Of a DNA stretch of 12,554 bases, positions 7,262 to 12,554 are shown one piece after another. Position numbers and translations under genes: made by a program. The stretch is taken from UHGV virus genome UHGV-0141061; one strand, written 5' to 3'. How positions within the stretch are numbered: position 1 is the stretch's first letter; every line of letters begins with the position of its first letter. The notes beneath the pieces were generated by a model. The model was not told where the DNA came from. It ran no database searches and saw only the letters and a program-made list of their open reading frames with translations. The DNA is from a virus.

Positions 7262-7504
7262 ATGTTCAAACGCTGCATCACCAAGTGTGGAAGCACACCT
7301 GACATCCACGCTTTTATTAATGAAGATGGTAAGCTTGTTGTTGAGAGGAGTGGTCATTTTATTAGCAAACAACTTATCATTACCTCTCCAGCGGAGATGG
7401 CCGGGGAATGGATAGTTTCTGAACCAGAGGAGTGGCACACCCCTCTTCCTTATGGCCCTCAGGGACTGATTTATAACCGTTATGTTCAGAAGGAGGCGGG
7501 TTGA
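7262..7504 (+). CDS. Hypothetical protein (80 aa)
   Basis: GGAGAC 5 nt upstream of ATG 7262; the track ORF begins at the in-frame ATG 7247, which has no ribosome-binding site; no homolog recognised. Confidence 0.4.
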   Translation: MFKRCITKCGSTPDIHAFINEDGKLVVERSGHFISKQLIITSPAEMAGEWIVSEPEEWHTPLPYGPQGLIYNRYVQKEAG

Positions 7505-7781
7505 CAATGCCAGGCATAACATCGCCGAGCAATCGAAAGAAAAACAGAACAAGGTAAACGTTGACCTTGCAGCATCAGGCGTGGCGTACAGAGAGCGCCT
7601 TAACATACCTGTTATCTGAGCAGGTAGCACGAGAGCAACCTGAGCACTCACGCGAGTATTTCATGGAGCGCGTCAGATACTATCGCGAGCAGTCGTTAAA
7701 CCTGCCCAAGGGAAGCAACCCATGGTATATCGAGATGGATGAACAGAACGCCAAGAAGTAAGCGCAATTTGAACGAATGCG

Positions 7782-7838
7782 AACCCGCCGAGTGCGGGTT
7801 TTCTTTTATCTGAACTCGCTACGGCGAGTTTTGTTTTA
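7782..7838 (+). terminator. Two tandem intrinsic terminators
   Basis: AACCCGC-cgagt-GCGGGTT followed by TTTTCTTTT (7782-7807), and ACTCGC-tacg-GCGAGT followed by TTTTGTTTT (7814-7838). Confidence 0.6.
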
Positions 7839-7850
7839 TGGAGACAAGAA

Positions 7851-8195
7851 ATGTCAGATTTGGCTATGAAGGTTTTGAAATGGCAATCAACTGGCGATGT
7901 CGGCATCAGTAGCGCAACTCTTGCCTCAATCGCATGTGGCCTGAAAAAGAATATCTATGGTCATCACTTCGGCGCTCCCCATGACGCAGCAGACTTTCGG
8001 CGATGCGTTGCACTTGTTGAGCAGATTCCAGAAATCAGAGATTCATTCGACAAGGTTGCAAAGCGCGTTCCGGCATTCAAAGGAATCCTCAACGAATGGG
8101 ATTCCCTCGTTGCTCTGTTGAAGTCTGAAATGAAGATACACGGAAACAAAGCACCAGAGACTTACAGAAGAATCAGCGAGCTACGCAAGGACTAA
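7851..8195 (+). CDS. Hypothetical protein (114 aa), moron-like gene bracketed by terminators
   Basis: GGAGAC upstream of ATG 7851; terminator pairs immediately before (7782-7838) and after (8199-8259); no homolog recognised. Confidence 0.5.
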   Translation: MSDLAMKVLKWQSTGDVGISSATLASIACGLKKNIYGHHFGAPHDAADFRRCVALVEQIPEIRDSFDKVAKRVPAFKGILNEWDSLVALLKSEMKIHGNKAPETYRRISELRKD

Positions 8196-8198
8196 CCC

Positions 8199-8259
8199 GC
8201 CTCACACTCGATGAGGCCTGTTTATATCTGATAGAGCCGCTATATGGCGGTTTATTTTT
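8199..8259 (+). terminator. Terminator-like hairpins downstream of the 7851-8195 gene
   Basis: GCCTCA-cactcga-TGAGGC (8199-8217) followed by a T-rich stretch, and CCGC-tatatg-GCGG (8237-8250) followed by TTTATTTTT. Confidence 0.45.
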
Positions 8260-8274
8260 GCCTGGAGAATTAAG

Positions 8275-8466
8275 ATGACCGATACCAGCCTGATTCCTGA
8301 GAAAGAAGTGATGAACAAGCTCGGTGTTTCATCACGTCAGACAATCTGGAACTATACCAAACGGCACGGATTTCCGAAGCCAGTCAGAACCCACCCCAAA
8401 TCATACCTTCGTGAAGCTGTTGAAGGGTGGATTCTTAACGGTGGCGTTAATCAGAAATGCTCCTGA
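8275..8466 (+). CDS. AlpA/Xis-family DNA-binding protein (excisionase or regulator)
   Basis: GGAGA upstream of ATG 8275; ..MNKLGVSSRQTIWNYTKRHGFPKPVRT..YLREAVEGWI is the AlpA-type winged-helix pattern; lies beside the integrase; its 3' end overlaps the integrase 3' end by 20 bp. Confidence 0.8.
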   Translation: MTDTSLIPEKEVMNKLGVSSRQTIWNYTKRHGFPKPVRTHPKSYLREAVEGWILNGGVNQKCS

Positions 8467-8920
8467 TGTGCCAGAACAATTTATCAGCGTGAAGCTCATA
8501 CGCTTTGCGCTGAGCCTCTATCCAATCGAGTTTATTGTATACGGACATTATCCCGCCAAGTTCATGACCGAGCATTCGCTCAGTAACATGAGGCTCGACA
8601 TTCATCTCGGACAGCCGTGTAACAAGCGTTCTTCTGAAATCATGTGTTCGCCAGTAACCTAGGTCCATCCCTCCCCTTATTCTATTTACGAATCGGTTGG
8701 CTGCAGCGATGCTGATCGGTTTGTTTATGTCTTCTCCAGGGAAAAGAACATCATTGTACGTTGTCATGGCCTTTTCGAGGAAAGGCTTAATTTGTTCGAA
8801 GATTGGACGGCGGATAACATTACCCATCTTGCTATGCTCTTTCGGTACGGTCCATACGTTGTCCAGCAGGTCAAATTCTGTCTTTATTGCCAGCCTAAGT
8901 TCTGAGAGCCTCGCCCCCAC
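8447..8920 (-). pseudogene. Tyrosine integrase (P4 type), C-terminal catalytic fragment
   Basis: ..GARLSELRLAIKTEFDLLDNVWTVP..HDFRRT..LGHELGGIMSVYNKLDW.. shows the catalytic R/H-x-x-R/Y region; its frame differs from the central fragment at a C5 run (8914-8918). Confidence 0.8.
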
Positions 8921-9136
8921 AGCATAAGCATCTGATGAAGTAGCTTATTTGACGTAGACGCACGGCTTCTTTCAATAGCAAGCCAAATCTTAGCCAGTTC
9001 GTGATACGACAGTACCCGATCCCCTACCTCAGCGCGGGAGCCGAAGTCCCTTGGTTGGATGCTCATAATTGCGCAACTATCTATCAACTGACGCCGCATG
9101 CACCAACTAATTGCTGATCTTAGTTGACTTAGCACC
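8884..9136 (-). pseudogene. Tyrosine integrase, central fragment between the IS insertion and the frameshift
   Basis: In frame with the N-terminal fragment once the IS and one target duplication are removed (1341 bp, a multiple of 3); ends at a stop 8884-8886 created by the frameshift. Confidence 0.6.
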
Positions 9137-9200
9137 TGATGTAGCCCCCTGAAACACCAGACAGTAGCTGTATCTCCAGATAAGAGATAGGCTTGAATAT

Positions 9201-9596
9201 ATGTCTAACACTAACACCAATATTGAGATGACCGGGATCCTGTTAGGGCAAGAAGTCCGTAAACGTAAAACTCCTCAGGAGAAGATCGCCATTATCCAGC
9301 AGACGATGGAGCCGGGTATGAATGTCTCCCATGTCGCCCGCCTGCATGGTATCCAGCCCAGCCTGCTGTTTAAGTGGAAGAAGCAATATCAGGAAGGCAG
9401 CCTCACCGCCGTTGCGGCTGGAGAGGAAGTCGTTCCTGCTTCTGAGCTTACTGCTGCTCTGAAGCAGGTCCGGGAGCTTCAGCGCCTTCTGGGCAAGAAG
9501 ACGATAGAAGTTGAGATCCTAAAAGAAGCCGTGGAGTACGGTCAGTCGCGAAAATGGATAGCGCACGCGCCCTTGTTGCCAAAGGACGGGGAATAG
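9201..9596 (+). CDS. IS3-family transposase OrfA (helix-turn-helix and leucine zipper)
   Basis: ..[78 protein letters not shown].. resembles IS2 OrfA. Confidence 0.85.
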   Translation: MSNTNTNIEMTGILLGQEVRKRKTPQEKIAIIQQTMEPGMNVSHVARLHGIQPSLLFKWKKQYQEGSLTAVAAGEEVVPASELTAALKQVRELQRLLGKKTIEVEILKEAVEYGQSRKWIAHAPLLPKDGE

Positions 9597-10435
9597 CCAT
9601 GGTCAGCCGGACCATGGGCGTGTCGCGTGCGCAACTGTCACTGCGGATTAACCGTTCTGCCGACTGGCAGGACAGGCGCTGTAACCGGCGTAATGAAGAA
9701 GCAGACGCAGAAATACTGTCGGCTATCCTCAACATTATCAGCGATATGCCGAGTTATGGTTATCGACGCGTGTGGGGCATCCTGCGCAAGCAACGTCGCA
9801 CAGAGGGACAGCCACCTGTGAATGCCAAACGGCTTTACAGGATAATGAGCGAGCATAACCTGTTGTTGTTGCATCACAAACCAGAGCGACCGAAGCGTGA
9901 ACATAAGGGCAAGATAGCGGTGGCAGAAAGCGATATGCGCTGGTGTTCAGATGGCTTCGAGTTCGGCTGCGACAACGGCGAAAAACTGCGGGTAACGTTC
10001 GCGCTGGACTGCTGCGACCGTGAGGCCATAGACTGGGCAGCAAGCACGGGAGGCTATGACAGTTCGACCGTGCAGGATGTGATGCTGAGGTCGGTGGAAA
10101 AGCGCTTCGGCGACAGGCTGCCGGAAACACCAGTGCAGTGGCTGACGGACAACGGTTCAGCATATACCGCGCATGAAACGCGGAGGTTCGCCAAAGAGCT
10201 GAATCTGGAGCCATGTACAACAGCGGTGAGCAGCCCGCAGAGCAATGGCATGGCCGAACGGTTCGTGAAGACGATGAAGGAAGACTATATCGCGTTCATG
10301 CCGAAACCGGATGTGAGAACAGCCCTGCGGAACCTTGCAGCGGCGTTCACGCATTACAATGAAAATCACCCGCATAGTGCGCTGGGATATCACTCTCCGA
10401 GAGAATACCGGCGGCAGCGGGCATCGTTAACTTAA
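9554..10435 (+). CDS. IS3-family transposase OrfB (DDE catalytic domain), in the -1 frame relative to OrfA
   Basis: ..[92 protein letters not shown].. is a DDE integrase-core pattern resembling IS2 OrfB; overlaps orfA by 43 nt. Confidence 0.85.
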   Translation: MDSARALVAKGRGIAMVSRTMGVSRAQLSLRINRSADWQDRRCNRRNEEADAEILSAILNIISDMPSYGYRRVWGILRKQRRTEGQPPVNAKRLYRIMSEHNLLLLHHKPERPKREHKGKIAVAESDMRWCSDGFEFGCDNGEKLRVTFALDCCDREAIDWAASTGGYDSSTVQDVMLRSVEKRFGDRLPETPVQWLTDNGSAYTAHETRRFAKELNLEPCTTAVSSPQSNGMAERFVKTMKEDYIAFMPKPDVRTALRNLAAAFTHYNENHPHSALGYHSPREYRRQRASLT

Positions 10436-10472
10436 GATACAAAAGCTGTCCGGAAATGGCGGGTCAAGATCA

Positions 10473-10965
10473 GCACCTGCCTTGCTCGGCGTGGATTATC
10501 TTTTTCTTCTTCGGTAAGCAGGTCAACCCATTGCTTAACCGTGATAGAAGATGCCGGACGATTAGGGAAGGCGTCATGCATGCGCTTCATAACCGTTGAT
10601 CGGTAAAGTGCCTGGGTCTTTTCTCTGAGAGTTGTAGAGACGTAGTTGTCGAACCAGTAGTCGAGACACTGGGCGACCGTCATGGAGTTCTCCACCTTCT
10701 CTTCAAAATAGGTGCGTGGATCCGTTCCTGAGAAATAGAGCTTCCGCAAGTCAGCAGTGATCTGTCTGGCATCCTTCAAAGACAGGGATGGGTATCGACC
10801 AAGCCCAAGTCGTTTAGGCTTGCCATACCAGCGATAGCGGTACTGGAACTGGATGACCCCCTTCGGTGAAATTCGTACGCTGAGGCCATCGGCATCAGCC
10901 ACTTCTTGTGGGCCCGAATATGGTTTACCATAAATAGTACGCAGTTTTGTGTCGCTTATAGCCAT
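10473..10965 (-). pseudogene. Tyrosine integrase (P4 type), N-terminal fragment upstream of the IS insertion
   Basis: MAISDTKLRTIYGKPYSGPQEVADADGLSVRISPKGVIQFQYRYRWYGKPKRLGLGRYPSLSLKDAR is the characteristic N-terminal arm-binding domain of P4-type integrases; the track ORF continues 13 codons into the IS before stopping. Confidence 0.8.
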
Positions 10966-11146
10966 AAATAATATTTGGTACGCTCAAAAATAATGGTTTG
11001 GTACACATCTGGTACACAATATCACATGGACAACAGCGCACAGTAAACAACTATATTTGACGTTCGTAGACATACTCAGGTGAAAAAATGGTTGTTTTTC
11101 GAGTTATAACAGACAGTTAATTAACTACAGTGGACAATGCTAGACA
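10966..11146. promoter_or_regulatory. Putative prophage-host junction (attL-like) and integrase promoter region with short direct repeats
   Basis: TGGTAC(ACA) at 10976-10981, 10999-11007 and 11010-11018; GACAATG at 11133-11139 and 11143-11149; palindrome TTAATTAA at 11118-11125; lies between the integrase start and sbcB. Confidence 0.3.
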
Positions 11147-12507
11147 ATGACAGACACAGATAAACAACCTACCTTCCTCTTTCACGATTACGAAACCTTT
11201 GGCACGCACCCCGCGTTAGATCGCCCTGCACAGTTCGCAGCCATTCGCACCGATAGCGAATTCAATGTCATCGGCGAACCCGAAGTCTTTTACTGCAAGC
11301 CCGCTGATGACTATTTACCCCAGCCAGGAGCCGTATTAATTACCGGTATTACCCCGCAGGAAGCACGGGCGAAAGGAGAAAACGAAGCCGCGTTTGCCGC
11401 CCGTATTCACTCGCTTTTTACCGTACCGAAGACCTGTATTCTGGGCTACAACAATGTGCGTTTCGACGACGAAGTCACACGCAACGTTTTTTATCGTAAT
11501 TTCTACGATCCTTACGCCTGGAGCTGGCAGCATGATAACTCGCGCTGGGATTTGCTGGATGTTATGCGTGCCTGTTATGCCCTGCGCCCGGAAGGAATAA
11601 ACTGGCCTGAAAATGATGACGGTCTACCGAGCTTTCGCCTTGAGCATTTAACCAAAGCGAATGGAATTGAACATAGCAACGCCCACGATGCGATGGCTGA
11701 TGTGTACGCCACTATTGCGATGGCGAAACTGGTAAAAACGCGTCAGCCACGTCTGTTTGATTATCTCTTTACCCATCGTAATAAACACAAACTGATGGCG
11801 TTGATTGATGTTCCGCAGATGAAACCCCTGGTTCACGTTTCCGGAATGTTTGGGGCATGGCGCGGCAATACCAGCTGGGTGGCACCGCTGGCGTGGCATC
11901 CAGAAAATCGCAATGCCGTAATTATGGTGGATTTGGCAGGAGACATTTCGCCATTACTGGAACTGGATAGCGACACATTGCGCGAGCGTTTATATACTGC
12001 AAAAGCCGATCTTGGCGATAACGCCGCCGTTCCGGTTAAGCTGGTGCATATCAATAAATGTCCGGTGCTGGCCCAGGCGAATACGCTACGCCCGGAAGAT
12101 GCCGACCGACTGGGAATTAATCGTCAGCATTGCCTCGATAACCTGAAAATTCTGCGTGAAAATCCGCAAGTGCGTGAAAAAGTGGTGGCGATATTCGCGG
12201 AAGCCGAACCGTTTACGCCTACAGATAACGTGGATGCACAGCTTTATAACGGCTTTTTCAGTGACGCAGATCGTGCAGCAATGAAAATTGTGCTGGAAAC
12301 CGAGCCACGTAATTTACCGGCACTGGATATCACTTTTGTTGATAAACGGATTGAAAAGCTGTTGTTCAATTATCGGGCACGCAACTTCCCGGGGACGCTG
12401 GATTATGCCGAGCAGCAACGCTGGCTGGAGCACCGCCGCCAGGTATTCACGCCAGAGTTTTTGCAGGGTTATGCTGATGAATTGCAGATGCTGGTACAAC
12501 AATATGC
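11147..12507 (+). CDS. sbcB: Exodeoxyribonuclease I (SbcB), 3' end truncated by the contig/adapter boundary
   Basis: By-eye translation with no stops: MTDTDKQPTFLFHDYETFGTHPALDRPAQFAAIRTDSEFNVIGEPEVFYCKPADDYLPQPGAVLITGITPQEA...EFLQGYADELQMLVQQYA matches E. coli SbcB except in the first 12 or so residues. Absent from the ORF track, presumably because it has no stop before the window end. Confidence 0.9.
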
Positions 12508-12554
12508 CTGTCTCTTATACACATCTGACGCTGCCGACGATCTACTCTGTGTAG
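12508..12554 (-). other. Illumina Nextera adapter, reverse complement of 2-48; technical
   Basis: ctgtctcttatacacatct gacgctgccgacga tctactct gtgtag read directly. Confidence 0.9.

Larger units (their letters stand above)
9137..10472 (+). mobile_element. IS3-family insertion sequence, IS2-like, 1336 bp, inserted in the integrase gene
   Basis: Imperfect terminal inverted repeats of about 40 bp (left TGATGTAGCCCCCTGAAACACCAGACAG..TGTATCT; right end reverse-complement TGATCTTGACCCGCCATTTCCGGACAGC..TGTATCT); 5-bp direct repeats GCACC at 9132-9136 and 10473-10477; orfA/orfB in -1 frame arrangement. Confidence 0.85.

Noticed and set aside
7561-7761. 66-aa ORF starting at TTG (alternative ATG at 7663)
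   Set aside because: No ribosome-binding site for either start; could be 3' UTR ahead of the tandem terminators.
7232-8149. Minus-strand ORFs 7232-7651, 7673-7906 and 7964-8149
   Set aside because: Antisense to plus-strand genes and terminators; Leu/Arg/Ser-rich shadow ORFs without start signals.
8324-8927. Plus-strand ORFs 8324-8662 and 8697-8927 inside the integrase
   Set aside because: Antisense to the integrase catalytic domain.
9448-10393. Minus-strand ORFs 9448-9735, 9638-9904, 9738-10220, 10054-10251 and 10157-10393, and plus-strand ORF 9627-9821, all inside the IS
   Set aside because: Overlap the transposase genes; GC-rich shadow or alternative-frame ORFs.
11336-12554. ORFs 11336-11533, 11394-11600, 11648-11899, 11833-12054, 12288-12554 and 12314-12502 within sbcB
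   Set aside because: Antisense or alternative-frame overlaps with sbcB; the last two run into the adapter.

Overview
Both ends of the window (1-48 and 12508-12554) are inverted copies of an Illumina Nextera adapter, so the biological insert is about 49-12507. It holds the 5' part of E. coli sbcB (exonuclease I, + strand, 11147-12507) preceded by a mosaic, heavily reduced lambdoid/P22-like prophage. Reading leftwards from sbcB: a P4-type tyrosine integrase (- strand) split by a 1336-bp IS2-like IS3-family element with 5-bp GCACC target duplications and also broken by a homopolymer frameshift; a convergent AlpA/Xis-family gene; small accessory genes bracketed by terminators; a RecT-like gene truncated after ~110 codons; lambda-type OL/PL followed by a P22-type nutL boxB but no N gene; a KilA-N ORF plus a frame-broken ORF in the slot lambda uses for rexAB; near-lambda cI, OR1-3 and cro; a CII-like activator with an OOP-like antisense RNA; an O-type replication initiator that stops right after its ori-like iterons; then an Mnt-like repressor, a P22-type tailspike interrupted by an in-frame TGA, and the 3' part of an Oac-like acyltransferase. 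No N, P, Q, lysis, head or tail-shaft genes are present. The simplest reading is a decaying cryptic prophage at sbcB; the alternative is a retained immunity and cell-surface module. The best candidates for undescribed function are the cI-linked cassette at 5403-6162 and the terminator-bracketed gene at 7851-8195. All homology statements are by eye and from memory; no database search was run.
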